Assembly: GCA_000388065.2 (NCBI GenBank)
Contig: KB932206.1
Direction: 5' to 3' (one strand)
DNA: 64,000 nucleotides
Source: Fonticula alba ATCC 38817
Lineage: Eukaryota; Protista; Nucleariida
The translations under genes and the position numbers were made by a program. The notes below the pieces were generated by a model. It searched no databases. It saw nothing but the letters and a program-made list of their open reading frames with translations, and was not told where the DNA came from. Shown here in pieces: positions 29,401-46,335 of this stretch; within the stretch, counting starts at the first letter, position 1, and each line of letters opens with the position of its first letter.

Positions 29401-29653
29401 TCCCGGCCTTCGTCTCGCTCCCCATGTGATAACCAACCACCTCTCATGACAGCTCTCGTACGGTGGTGGATTTGGCCCAGTCACCGACGACGGCTACGGT
29501 GTGTCTTACATGGTGGCTGATGATGACGGTCTCAGCTTCCACATCAGCTGCAAGCGCAGCTGCCCGGACACCGACTCGCGCCGCTTCGCTGCCCACCTCA
29601 TCCAGTCGCTGCGCGAGCTCCGCCAGATGTTCGAGGATGCCAAGAACGAGTAA
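26457..29653 (+). CDS. CPT1: Carnitine O-palmitoyltransferase 1 (animal CPT1-type); exons 26457-26552, 26645-27319, 27572-28395, 28615-29218, 29453-29653
   Basis: N-terminus MAEARSAVSY...SFEVTDNEIVFRLS resembles CPT1A [24 protein letters not shown], followed by two hydrophobic segments. Also NYVTDWWEKYVYL, catalytic EHSWADAP, SPDAFLQMALQLAY, LTYESSMTRLF..GRTETVR and GGGFGPVTDDGYGVSY. Confidence 0.95.
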
Positions 29654-31020
29654 GAGGGCGGTCTGCAGCTGGGCAAAAAGAGAGAAAGAGCAACGAGACA
29701 TGCGCGTGTGGCCCAATCCCGACACACACACACACATGCATGCATGCACATCAATATGCGCCCGCATGCATGCACGACCATGCGCCAGGCCAATGTGCAG
29801 GCGCGCGCGCGTGCGCTTTTCACACACCATATCCCGCCCTGTCAACATTTCTCTTCCAGCCGTATCCCTCCTGTCCCCCCCTCTTGTCGCCTGCATGTGG
29901 GCCCCTCCGCCTTCCCACACCCTGCATGTACCTCATAAAATAGACTCGCAAATTTGAATCTCGCTGGATGCGTCCCTCAACAAAGGCAAACGGGCAGAAA
30001 GAGAGGAGGGCACAACCAGTGGTAGACGTGCACGCGGGTCCTCGGGGGAAGGGGGAAGGGGGGATCCCCTGAATCAAGGAGCTATTCCCGGGGCGTGGTC
30101 TCAACGGAAGGAAACCTGATGGAGGAAGGAAAAAAAAAAACAAGCCAGGAGGCTCACCCGGCCCAACCATAACCATAAGTCCCCCTTCTGCCGCCCCTTC
30201 GGCCTCTCGCGACCGTGGCAGTTCCTCAAAAATGGCCGCCTGCTGCTGGCGACTCAACGCGCATCCCACCGGATGGTGTAATTAACGGGCGGGTTAGTTG
30301 GCATCTGGTAGGGGTCCGGCTGCCGGCGGTCAACTGTGGACGCCAGCCAGTGCGCCGAGGTGGGGCCCGGGCTTGTGAGTGCTTCCCCGGGGCCCGGGCT
30401 GGGCCGGAATGAGCCGGACCCCGGCACTGGGGGACTCTTCGATCGACATTGACACTTGGCGCTTCTTGCGGCATGGGGACCGGAGCGGGAAAGGGAGCGC
30501 CCAAAGAAGAGCAACAGCAAAAGGGAACGCCCGCATCACCGGCCCGCATCTCGCTCGCCCCGCAGGTCTCCATCGCCCCAGGGGTAACTTTCCTTTTTGG
30601 GCGTGCTCTCTGCGGTGCGGGCCGGGTGTGTGTGTGTGTGTGTGTGTGTGCATGCGGGGGGCGGGCGACAAGATGCGCGCGACATGTAAACATGCGCGAG
30701 TCCAGTCTCACGCCTGTACCCCCTGGGAGGGGCGCCTGCCGAGGATAGTTGCGGTGGTTTGTCCTACTTTTACCCCGCGGTACGAACACTCATACGCGGC
30801 CGCCCTGCCCCGGCCTCAGGCCAGGCCTTTCTTGTAGATCCTCTCCTCGCCGCCACTCTCCTTCCTTCTCCCCTCCCCCCCCCCCTCCCTCCTCTGCAAT
30901 TGCCCTTCCTCGGCTATCCGCGCAGATACCCTTCCCCCTTTGCACATCCCCACTGCCGGCACACGCTCATACACTTGGAGTACCCATTGCCACCCACCCA
31001 CCCACCCACGTCCACGCATC

Positions 31021-33304
31021 ATGTTCCGATCTGCCATCATGGCCCGGGACCCGCCATCCAATGTGGCCAGCGGCACACTGCTTGGCAAGCCCTTTCCTTT
31101 TCGCATCCCCTTCGCGCCGGAGGCCCCGTCCTTGGATCACCAGGTTGGGACCCCGTTCGAGTCGCCGGCCCTTACACATCGGCCTCCTCGGCCAGAGTCT
31201 CGGGACGATGATGATGACGATTCCGAGGGGTTCTCCACCATCGACGTGGGCCAGTTCCAAGGCCGCGCCGCCCACGCCGAGCGTATGTCCATCCTGGGCT
31301 GCTGGAATGAGTATGGCCAGGCCCTGCGGTCGTTGATCTGGCTGTCCTATCGGTCGGGTACGTGACAGCACATCTAGTGCACACACACACACACACACAC
31401 ACACATGTATTTACACATGATGCCATACACACATGCTCATGCCTGCTGCTCGACTTGCCTGCCTGGTGGAATTTGACTGCCATCATCACTCACCCGCTTT
31501 CATCAATGGCAGGCTTCCAGGATGCCAATCGCACGCAGCGCATCACGGATGCCGGCTGGGGCTGCATGTACCGTGTCATTCAGATGGTCCTTGCCAACAC
31601 CCTTCGCCGCCGGATTCTTGGCGACGGTGCGCCACATCGCTCATGTCGTCACCTTTCGCCCCCCCCCCCCCCCCCCCCTGCCCCGAAACAAGTATCTCAC
31701 ACACCGGTGCCCCTATGGGCTCAAGACTGGCGCCCGGGCTACAATGTTGAGAAAACCCTTCGCAAGTACCGACAGGTTCGTGGCTGATCACTGCCTTCCT
31801 CACCCCGGCGCCTCTCTATCGGCCTATTCCTCTATCCCCCGCTTCCTCCTGCCACTGCCGCTTCTCCTTCCTCCCCCGCTTCCTCTGCTTCTCTCCTGTC
31901 TCTTCTTGCCCTTCTGTGTGTGTGTGTATGCTGACACTGGATTGGTGTCTATGCCTCCCCCTTTTTTGTCCAGATTCTGGCCCTCTTTGCCGATTGCCAC
32001 GACTCTCTCGATCACAGGTTTGCCCCCTTCTCCATGCAGGCCCTCACGAGCCTGGCCTACTCGCGATCGATCCCGGTCAATGGCTGGATCGGACCGCACT
32101 TCGCGTCGACCCTCATCCGGTAAGCCCGACCTCTGCCCAACTTTTGCCTCCCGGCCTGGTCGATGTTCCTTCTGCTGACAGATTCTCCCATTCCGCCAGC
32201 GACCTGCAACCCAAGCAAGATTGCATCCGTCTCAAGGTGTATGTCGGTACCGAAGGGACCATCATCCAATCTGAAGTCCATGCCCTTTTTGAGGAGGACC
32301 GCCAAGCTATGCTTGCCTTGGGGGTTGCCTCGAGACAATCCTCCTCGATGGACGAGACCATCAGCTCGACCCCGGTGTCTCCCTCGCCGTCTGGATCACT
32401 GCAGGCGCCGATTGATGTCGAACTGCCCGAGTGTGGTGTTCTCATTCTCCTGCCACTGAAGCCGGACCTGAGCTGCATCCGCCCCGACATCTTTGAGCAC
32501 ATGAAGGTGCGTTGGAAGGCGTCGCAGCTGCCCTCCCCCTTCTCTTCTTGTGGCACATGACTCATCCATCCCATCTTCCCTCCCCCTTTCAAAAAAAAAA
32601 TAGGCCTGCCTCCTCATGCCACAGTCGATGGGGATCGTCGGGGGTCGGCCGAATCTGGCGCACTTTATCGTCGGCATGGAGGGTACGTGCACGCTGCTGC
32701 CATGCCTGTGCGCGCTTGCACTGCCGCACCTGCCCCCCTCAACTAATCCAACATTCCAAATGGGCTTCTGCACCACTGCCTCCCTCCCTCCCTGACCTGG
32801 TGGCCTGCCCATGCCCGAACCTCAGGCGAGAACTTCACTTTCCTAGACCCACACACTACGCAGGTGGCCTTGAAGTTCCCGACGGAGCTACATTCTGTCC
32901 CGGAGCGGGTACGCTTCCCCCGTTCCTTTTCCCTCCCTGGCCCTTGCTGTTGCTGCTGCTGCTGCTGCTGCTCGTCACACCCCCTGCTAATGCTGGCTGC
33001 CTCGCAACACACCCGCCCACACACGCTGTGGAGATAGTATTTCTCCAGTTATCACACTTCGGCCATTCAGCTGCTGCACTACTCGAAGTTCGATCCGAAT
33101 TTCGCCGTGGCCTTCTACTGCGCCACGCAGCGTGACTTTGCTGATCTGACCGATCGGCTGGCGGAACGCGCCCGGCACAGCCCGGACTTTTTCCTTCGCG
33201 TGCTGGCCCAGGCCCCGCCTGAGGAAAATATCTCCATCAAGGTGGAGACCAGCATGGATTCCAGTGACGACGAGCTCCTCCTCCTGGATATCAATCCCAC
33301 CTAG
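31021..33304 (+). CDS. ATG4: Autophagy cysteine protease ATG4 (peptidase C54); 8 exons: 31021-31357, 31513-31626, 31726-31775, 31974-32119, 32182-32506, 32604-32682, 32826-32908, 33038-33304
   Basis: WLSYR, catalytic TDAGWGCM, WIGP, PQSMGIVGGRPNLAHFIVG, catalytic FLDPHTTQ and FDPNFAVAFYC are all in order and phase-consistent. The start could be the second Met (MARDP). Confidence 0.93.
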
Positions 33305-33654
33305 GCATTTGTGCTATTCTCCTCGGGTCATGCAAGCGAGAAACCGGGCGGGAATGGCGAAGAAGCCGGGCCCCCCCCCCCCCCCCTGGCACAAGTATCA
33401 CCCTTCTCCGGGAAGCGTGGCCCCTGAAAAGGGGAATACACGTTGCGTTTGTTCCCTTTCACTGGTTCGTCGCGCCTGAAAGAGGGACAGAGGAGGGGCG
33501 GGGCGGTCCCCAACATGCACATGCCCAGGGAGGTGCCGTGACCGGAGAGGGGCGGGCGAGGGCATATTCGTTCATCTTTCGCCTTGAGCCGATTCGACTG
33601 ACCCCCTTTCCGCCAGGGGTCCCTGCTAGGATGCATTTCGCCATTTGTCGGGGG

Positions 33655-33689
<35 letters not shown>

Positions 33690-34951
33690 AGAGAGAGAGA
33701 GAGAGAGAAAGAAAGAGAGAGCGGAGGTGGCTAGTCACTGCACAGGGCGAGGCCCTGTTTGCGGGCCCTCCCGGCCGGACAACAAGACCAAGCTGTTTGA
33801 ATGCCCTGTTCGTTGGCACCAGACATTGTCACTCCCTCCCCCTCGGCCCCCTGCCTCCCTCTCCCGACGGGCTGAACTTGGGGCCCCTCTCTTGCCTTTG
33901 CATTGCCGCCAGCGTTGTGGTCTACCTTTTTTGGATGGCCGCACTTTCCCCTGCCAGGCATCACCGAGGAAGCGTGAAAGCCCGGGGGCTGGAAATAAAT
34001 AAACGTGGCCCGGCCGCCTGGCGCCGCTGGCGTATTCGCTCGGGAAAAGCACGACCACAGCCAGGGAAGCACAGCAGAGGGGTGTCCACAAGGCACGGGG
34101 GGCAGGGGGGGGGGGAGTGCCGCGGGCGCTCTTAACCAGCCGCCAGAGTCGAAAGGGGACAGATGGGCATGCGGGTGGCACGGCGCTGCAAGGGGGGTCG
34201 ATCGGTGGCAACGCGGGGGTCCCCCCGCAGATGGGACAGGCCCGGCGCGCTGCTTGGTCCCCGCGGCGCAGGGGGCGTGCGCCGGAGAACCCAACTGCTG
34301 GCGGGCACGGCGCCCGCGGACAGGGCGCCCTCCTCGCGCACCGATGGCACCCCCGGCCAGTCTGCGTGCCAGCGGCGGGTGCGTTCACAGGCAGGGTCGA
34401 CGCTGGGGCGGGCGGGGGGGGAGGGGGGCGCCGCTGGGTCTTTGCCGTGGGGGCGAACGATTGCGTCCACACAGCGGACTCGCAGGTGCCCCCCTTGCAG
34501 CGGCGGAGGCATGACCTTCGGTGTGTCCCCCCCTCGAGAAAGTCCGGCGGGGGGCCGGGGGCAAAAGAGCGGGGCCCGGCGGCGCCCCGCCCATGTTGGC
34601 GCCGGGGATCTGATTCACCCCCACGCCCCCTCAGCCTCCGGGGGCAAGGTGTCAGGCTGGGAGTTGCATGCCGTGGGCGCCCCCTTCGGCTCCCCGGCGG
34701 CAGGGGGGACGCCCGGGCGAGATCGCACGCCCACCACCTTGGCATGAGGGTGGCGACAGCATCGAGCTCTCATGCCCAAGCCGTCAATCGCCGTTGCCCA
34801 GCCCCAGACCAAAGAGCCGCCCTGACAGCTCACACCGCTGTGTGGTGCTCCCCATCTGCTCGCCTCAGCCCCTCTCCGCCCCGCTTCTCCTCCCTTCACC
34901 CGCCCACCTCCTACCCACCTCCCTCCCCCTCCCCCTGCCTCTCCTCCAACC

Positions 34952-38353
<3,402 letters not shown>

Positions 38354-41300
38354 AGAGCCCGGCCCGAATGTGCGTGGCCATTTCACCACCAACCATGCAT
38401 CTTGCTCGATGGCGCACCGTCTTTTCTTCATCTCCCCTGCCATCCGGGCCAGAAAAGGGCCACGGCGTGGAGGAACAAAAAGGGGAGCGCCTGACGCGGC
38501 GTGCTCAAAGAGCGTGCCCGGCTTCTCCGACAAAAGGCAGACACAGAACGCGCGCGCACACGCACGCACACAACGCACACGCACACACAAGCATGTATGC
38601 CCCCCGAAATATACTCTGACCTCGGTCCCAGAATGCTGAGAATGTAGCACCATTGGTCGCAAACATGTGTATGTATCATGTGCTTTTTGGAATGACGTTC
38701 TCTTGGAATGGACGCTATACCCTAACGAACTGGGGTTTGGGGCTCGGATTTCGCCGGTTCTTCGGGACGCGGGGCGCAGACAAGATTGTCTGGCTCCTAT
38801 GCGGGAATGGCACCCGCAACAAGAGGGCCACCCAGGGCCGAAATGTGGGGGGGGGGGCGAGCGCGAGGCCCGGGCGCGGAGAACGTATCGAAGCGCCGTT
38901 GCCCGCAGTCGCTGGAGATGGGGGGCCGGTGAAAGGCAGGGCAGGGAGCGGCCGGGGGAAATGTAAACCCTAGGTCTCGGGCGTGGATGGGCTGCGCTGA
39001 CATGACAAGCCCGAAGAGGAGGGGCCTGCGAGCTGGGTGCGGGGTGGGGCAAGTAAACCGGCCGGCCGGCATTACTCTGCAATGCAATTGCCAATCTAGA
39101 GATCGTGGCATTCTCCCCCGCCCCCGCTCCCTTGCCAGGTTGCTCGTTAGCGAGCCACCAGCAGGCGAGAGCCAGCGTCAAGACGGTCGAACCCTGTGCC
39201 GAAGGTCTCTCCTTTGGGCGCCTGCAGGGGGCGACGGGGCCGCTTGTCGAGCGCCCGAGCGCGACTCCGAGAGGGGAGACAAGGTCACACAGGGGGAGGC
39301 CGGCCCCAGGAATGTGGGCCCGGGTGGATTCCTCTCGCCCCTCCTGTGCAAAGGGCCGGCCACTCCTCGCCCCCCCCCCCCCGGGGTGGCGGGGGAGAGG
39401 CGGAAGCCTGCTCAAGCATAGCGGATCCATTTGAACAGGCGCGGGGCGAGGGAGACGAGGTCGATCGCCCGCGCCCGCACGCATGCACATCCCGAATATC
39501 CGGGCAGCCAGCCGGGAATGCCCGGCCTCGCTCGGCTGTCCAGCGGGGGGTGGAAGGCAGGGGCAACAATGATTGGGCCTCAGCTCTCCCCGCTTCTCCC
39601 TGAGCGGCGAAAATCCGCGTGCCTGTACCGACCCGGCGGAAGAAGCGCTGGGGTGATGAGAACGGGAAAAGGGTCATTAAATATTATGGGCTGGATATGC
39701 AATACGAAAATGTTGCTCCCTGCCGGGCTTTCCGGAGTACCCGCAAAAGGGGAGAGCCGGGGACCGGGCCCGGTGCGGCTTCCGACCGAGCGTCGGGGCG
39801 CACCGGGCCGGAGACGGCCCCCGGGGAGGGGGGACGGCGAGTCCCAAGCTAGCAAGGCACCACGGCGGGCGTGTCACGATCCCTCGTATGTGTAGTTGAG
39901 AGCACGCCGGCCCGAACGGCACCCCGAGGGTGGATGGAATGCCTCGCAGCGGCCACCGGCTCCGGTGGATCGGCTACCGGGCACACCGGCGTTTCCAGAA
40001 AGACTCGCACGCGAGGAGGCCGCTTGTTTTGATTGCCCGGGCGGGTGTGTGCGCGCGCGCGCGCGCGCACGGCGGATCCTGACTCCGTTCGGTGCCTTTA
40101 CTTTGCCCCCGAGTTCGGCGACTTGCCCGGTCGACTAGGCCGATCTCTCCTTTCCCCTTCCCCGGAGGGCACACATCAACAGGGCATGCTCTCAGGTGGG
40201 CGCGCGGGCGCGCGGGCGTGCGGGCCTGCGGGCGGCGTCAGCGCCTAGGAAATATGCTCGCCCAGCCTCCCTCCCTCGTGCCGGATAGGGGCTGGCCCGG
40301 GAAGCCGAAGGGGGGCTCGGGGGAAAAGGGGGGCGTCCTGGACTGGGGGCGGGGGCGGGGGTGCGCCGGGTGCGAATGTGAGGAGCAGGCGCAAGTGCAG
40401 TGCGCATGTACGTGTGCCCGTGCGCTGGCCCCCTGGTGCCTTGTTATCCCCCCCCCCCCCCTCCGGGGAGCAGCTGGGGGCCTGGCGTGCGAAGTGGGGC
40501 ATGCCTTTGTCGCTCTCGCCTCTGGCAGCAGCGGCGGTGGCGGCGGCTGGTTTTTGTTGTGGTGTTTTGATTCCGCACCCTCCTCTGGCGCCCGGGCGGG
40601 GAAGAAGGGNNNNNNNNNNNNNNNNNNNNNNNNNNNNNNNNNNNNNNNNNNNNNNNNNNNNNNNNNNNNNNNNNNNNNNNNNNNNNNNNNNNNNNNNNNN
40701 NNNNNNNNNNNNNNNNNNNNNNNNNNNNNNNNNNNNNNNNNNNNNNNNNNNNNNNNNNNNNNNNNNNNNNNNNNNNNNNNNNNNNNNNNNNNNNNNNNNN
40801 NNNNNNNNNNNNNNNNNNNNNNNNNNNNNNNNNNNNNNNNNNNNNNNNNNNNNNNNNNNNNNNNNNNNNNNNNNNNNNNNNNNNNNNNNNNNNNNNNNNN
40901 NNNNNNNNNNNNNNNNNNNNNNNNNNNNNNNNNNNNNNNNNNNNNNNNNNNNNNNNNNNNNNNNNNNNNNNNNNNNNNNNNNNNNNNNNNNNNNNNNNNN
41001 NNNNNNNNNNNNNNNNNNNNNNNNNNNNNNNNNNNNNNNNNNNNNNNNNNNNNNNNNNNNNNNNNNNNNNNNNNNNNNNNNNNNNNNNNNNNNNNNNNNN
41101 NNNNNAGAGAGAGAGAGGGAGGGACAGGGCGAGAAAGACACACACAGAGCGAGAGAGAGAGGGAGGGCTGAGGGTGGGGCATGCGCCGACCCAGCGGCGC
41201 TGGGAGCCGTCCGCTCTGGTTCCCGGGGCACTTTGGCTTTCGCTGGCTCGCGTCCGTGCGCCCGTCGCCCCTCCCCCCCCCCACCCCCCCCCCGCACATT

Positions 41301-41891
41301 ATCTTCGCCCTATTCCTACCCCCACTTTCCACAGCCAGGGGCGCGCGTTGGAATTTTTCTCCCTCCACCCTCCCCCCGCCCGCTCCTGGGCATTGCCACA
41401 CAGGCTTGCTTCTTCTGTTGACTCTCCTCTGTCTCCTGACATGTAAGCACTCCCCTCCCCCCCTCTCTCGCCCTTCCTGCCGCCCTCCCCTTCCAGCCTT
41501 CTCCCTTCTTCTTGCTAGCCGCCTGCTTCCTGTCACTGTTGTGCCCCCCCCCCTGGCAAAACGGTCTTGAAGTGCCCCGCTTTTCGCCCCCTCTTGTTCC
41601 TCCTCCTCGCCCTCTTCTTGTTCCTTTTCTCTTTCCCCTTCCTCCACCCCTCTCCCAATGCTCTTGTCCGCTTCCCCCTTTTGCCCCCCCCCTCCCCCTG
41701 GTCTTCCGAACTGCCCCCCCCCCCTCGTCCTTCTCTGCCTGCCTTCGTGACGCCGCTATGCCCCTCGGCATGTGTGCTTGTGTGTTTGCCCCGCCTGACC
41801 TTCTGTCCTCCCCCCTCCTCCCCCCCCGCCCTGTTGATGCTCCCTCTGTGTCTTTCCCTCCCGTGCCACACAGTGCCAGCCACCTTTCACC

Positions 41892-43812
41892 ATGTCCCAC
41901 CCCCTTCCTGTTATCATCGACAACGGTACCGGGTACGTGCTTCCCCCAATCCATTCTCCTCCCTCATCACCTTGTTCTTTCGCGTTGCTGACACACCGCC
42001 ATTTTCCTCCCCTTCGCCTGCTCACCGGTGAACAGCTACACCAAGATGGGTTTCGCCGGTAACCATGAGCCCCAGTACATCATCCCCTCGGTCATTGCCA
42101 CCCGGGACTCCTCCAAGGTCAACAAGGCCCGCAAGGGTGTTGAGGACCTGGACTTCTTCATTGGTTCGTTCTCTCTCCTTCCGCCTCTCTGTCTGCCTGT
42201 CTATCTCTCTCTCTCTCTCTCTCTCCCCTCGACCCTCCGCCACACCTCTGCTAACGCTCGCTCCTTCCCGTTCCCGCCATGCAGGTGATGAGGCCATCGC
42301 CAACCAGAACTCCTATTCCCTGTCTTACCCCGTCCGCAAGGGTCAGGTCGACAACTGGGACCACATGGAGCGCTTCTGGGAGCAGGCCATCTTCAAGTAC
42401 CTGCGCTGTGAGCCCGAGGACCACCACTTCCTCCTGACCGAGCCCCCTCTCAACGCCCCGGAGAACCGTGAGTACACTGCCGAGATCATGTTCGAGTCCT
42501 TCAACGTCCCGGGTCTGTACATTGCCGTCCAGGTTCGTGAGGCCGCCTCCCTGCTTGGCTATTGCCTCCTTCTTCTCTCGCCCCGGCGCTCCCTCTCTCT
42601 CTCTCTCTCTCTCTCCCCCTCCCCCCTTGTCGTCCCTCCCTGCCGCCAGTGTCTTGCTTGTGCCGTCACCATCTTACTGACATGCCTGTCTCTTTTGCCC
42701 TTCCACCGCCATCTGCTCCCCGCTCTCTCCCTCCCTCTTCTCCTCCTCTCGACACACAGGCCGTCCTTGCCCTTGCCGCCTCCTGGGCCTCCAAGGACGA
42801 CGACCAGCGCTCGCTCACCGGTTGCGTGATTGACTCTGGCGATGGTGTCACCCACGTCATCCCCGTTGCCGAGGGCTACGTCATCGGCTCTTCCATCAAG
42901 CACATCCCCATCGCCGGTCGCTCGATTACCCAGTTCGTGCAGCAGCTCCTGCGTGAGCGCGAGACTGGCATCCCCCCGAACGAGTCGATGGAGATTGCCA
43001 AGCGCATCAAGGAGAAGTACTCCTACGTCTGCCCCGACATTGTCAAGGAGTTCCTGAAGTACGATCAGGACCCCGCTCGTTTCTTCACCACCGAGACCTT
43101 CACCGAGGCCATCACCAAGAAGGTACGCCCATGCTCCCCCCCGGCGCAGAGGGGGGGCGGGGGAGGCCCTGCCTGCCCCTCCTCCCCCTTGCTCTGTGCA
43201 CACCTTTCCGGGTGCCCCCTGCCGCCTGCGCCTTGCACACGCACACGTCTCCACATGTGTAGCTGTGTGCCTGTGTGCATCCATCCCCCCTCCCTCCCCC
43301 TCCTTTCTCTCTCTCTCTCTCTCTCTGACCGGCCACCCACCCTACGCCAGACCTACTCCGTGGACATCGGCTACGAGCGTTTCCTCGGCCCCGAGGTCTT
43401 CTTCAGCCCGGAGATCGCCTCCTCCGACTACCTTGTCCCCCTGCCCGAGGTGGTTGATTCCGTCATCCAGAACTCCCCCATCGATACCCGCCGTGGTCTC
43501 TACCGCAACATCGTCCTGTCCGGTGGTTCCACCATGTTCAAGGACTTCAGCCGTCGTCTGCAGCGTGATATCCGTCGTACCGTTGACACCCGTGTCCGCC
43601 TGTCCGAGGAGATGAGCCAGGGCCGCGTCAAGGTCCAGCCCATCGACGTCAATGTCATTTCTCACCGCATGCAGCGCTACGCCGTCTGGTTCGGTGGCTC
43701 CATGCTTGCCTCCTCCGAGGAGTTCTTCACCGTCTGCCACTCCAAGGCCGCCTACGAGGAGTACGGCCCCTCGATTGCCCGCCACAACGCCGTCTTCGGT
43801 AACACCGTCTAA
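41892..43812 (+). CDS. ARP3: Actin-related protein 3 (Arp2/3 complex); exons 41892-41932, 42036-42163, 42285-42532, 42760-43122, 43351-43812
   Basis: [98 protein letters not shown] and the C-terminus [10 protein letters not shown] are all Arp3-specific. Confidence 0.97.
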
Positions 43813-44498
43813 GCGCGTGCTGTGCGCGCCTCCGCGTGTGTGTGTATGTGTGTGTGTGTGTGTGTGTGTGTTGTGCGCGCGCCCGGTGCCGCGCCCCATC
43901 CCTTCGCGCCAGTTGCCGTCGGCAGCCTAGTTCGCTCCGTCTGTCCTCTGCCTCCCCCCTCCCCCCCCCCTCGTTCCCCCTCCCCCCCATCCCCTTTCAT
44001 TTGTGGCGCAGGGCAGCAGCAGCGCGCCCACCTCCTACTCCCCGGTTCCCGGCGCGCGTGGACCGACCCTGCCATCCCGCTTGCCCACCTCTTGGCCCTT
44101 GATGGGCGGGTGGGCGACGGGGCGGTACCGGCGGCGGTTGCCACGCCCCTCACCTTTCCTCCCCTCCCCTCCCTCCATCCTCATGCGGGCGGCACACAGG
44201 GGCGCGCCCGGCCCCAGAGGGAAGCAGGCCTTCTCCCCTGTCCCTCCTCCCCTTGCGCGCCGGGGGGCCCCCTTGTGCACACCCTCCCTCATGTTGTTTC
44301 CCCCCTTTCCCCCGTCCTCCTCTCAGTTCACAGCGCATATTCCCACTCGAAATAAATCCCCAAAAAAGATCCCCTGTCGTATTTGTGGGCATGCGTGCGC
44401 GCGCGCGCGCGCGCGCGCACACACACACACACAAACACCCGTGTATTGCTTGTCTGTCTGCGAGCCCCCCTTTTGGGCTCCGGTGAGGCTCGGTAGAC

Positions 44499-45672
44499 TC
44501 AGCGTGTGAGTCGCCAGACGCTGAGCCGCTCCCAGCCGGCCTTGCGCTCGGCGATGCAAACCGCCTCGCGAAAGCCACGTTGCGGCCCGGCCGGCTGGTC
44601 CGGATACAAGGCCAAGGCCAGCTCGGCCAACTCGTGCGGCCGGTTGGGCTGGGCCAACAGCAGGTAAAAATGGCCGCCCGGCGCGAGGGCCCGGTGTGCG
44701 GCGTAGAGGGCCCGTCGGGCCACCCCGGCCCCCCCATCACGGCCCCCATCAAGTGCCGCCCACAGGGGCGGCGGTGCCGCGCCATCCCCCCGATCGACCC
44801 CCTGCCCAGAAGTTACGCCCCCGGCCCCGGTGCTGGTCACTTGGTCAGGCAGATCCGCCGACTCCACGTAGGGCGGATTGAAGACCAGCAGGTCGGCCGA
44901 GCCGGGTCGCAGAGGCAAAACCAGATCTCCCAGCACCACATCCTGGAGGGCATGGTTCTTCGTGGCGTGGAGCATGGCAGGGAAGGGGCTCATTCGGGTG
45001 AGCAGCCCAGGAAGCAGGCGGGCAGGCAGGCAGGCACATTGTCGTGGCGTGTCACGGCCGCAGTCAGACGTACATTGTTCTTGAGGGCCGTCAGCTTGGT
45101 GGCTTCCACCGCAAAGGGGTTGATGTCGAAGCAGAGGAGAGCTTCGGATGGTGTATGTTAGGAGGGTGACTCAGACACGGGCAGCCGCCACCATTGCGCC
45201 AGGCGTACCACAGTGCGTGTCGGGGAGGCAAACGGCCGCTGTGGGCCCAGAAGTCGGGCCCTCGCGCTGGTGAATGGCCGCCAGCAATGCCGCCAGGAAG
45301 GAAGTAACCACCCCGGAGCCGGGCCTGGTGCATTGGCCCGGCGGAGGAGGTAGGCGGGAAAAGGGTCAGTTCATGGGCAGAGGGCTGGGACGCGGCCACT
45401 TTTGCCCGGGAGGCTGAGGGAGGTGCTGCCACTGCGGGGGAGATGGGCGCGCACCCGATTTCCGCTGCCACAGCCGGGTGCAGCTGCTTGATGGTCCCGG
45501 CGTCCGCCTCCAGAGCATCGAGCAGAAGGAATGAGTCCTCAGCCGGCTCATAGAAATTCCCATAGTCGGCCTCGGTGAAGTGGTTCACCCGGGGGGTCGG
45601 GAGTCCGGACACGCCAGCCAGCGGGACCGGGGCCCGGAAAAAGGGCTTGTTACTCGGCGAAAGGGAGTTCAT
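44499..45672 (-). CDS. N6AMT1: HemK2/N6AMT1/Mtq2 eRF1 glutamine methyltransferase; exons 45672-45455, 45324-45209, 45141-45074, about 44957-44499
   Basis: YEPAEDSFLLLDALE, SAM motif EIGPGSGVV across a splice, CFDINPFA, DLLVFNPPYV, LDGGRDG, and ERKAGWERLSV. Confidence 0.93.
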
Positions 45673-45920
45673 CGTTCGACTGGGTGCAGGGAGAGCGATG
45701 GCAGAGGGGAAGGGTGTGTTTGTATGTGCGAGAGAAGGGGGGGGGGGGGGGGCGAGAAGGAGGAAGGGCAATCGGTAGGTGGCAGCAGGTGCCCGGCCTG
45801 ACTGGGCGCCAGACCCGGAGATGTGTCCTCTTGGACTTGCTGGCCGGATATTCACCCAGATGATCCCAACGGATCCAGGGCAGACAGGCACACCATTCCC
45901 CCTATGTTGATGTTTTTTTC

Positions 45921-45952
<32 letters not shown>

Positions 45953-46335
45953 CCTCCTCGTATCGTCCTGTCGTGCCCTCTCTTGCCCCCCCCCCTGTGG
46001 TTCTATTTCGCCCTCTCCCTCCTCGTGTCGGCGATCTGTCATTTGACCACGAGACTTGAACAGGGCCGCCGGGTCATGTCCATCTCCCTGCCACTCGCCC
46101 GGGGGTCTCTTCCCTTCTGCCACGTATGCGTACATGTATATTCACACACAGGGGAGGGGGAGACAGTGCTCAGGAAAGGATGGTAGAGGAAGGTGGGAAA
46201 GTGGAAGACCATCGCCCGACCCTCCCACATGCAGGGCGGGCAGGTGTGTGGTCGGCCGCGGCCAACATGGCAGGGGAAAACCGGCGCAGCCTGGAGGAAA
46301 TACTCCGGCCAAGCAAGCATGCGCCCCAAGCCATC

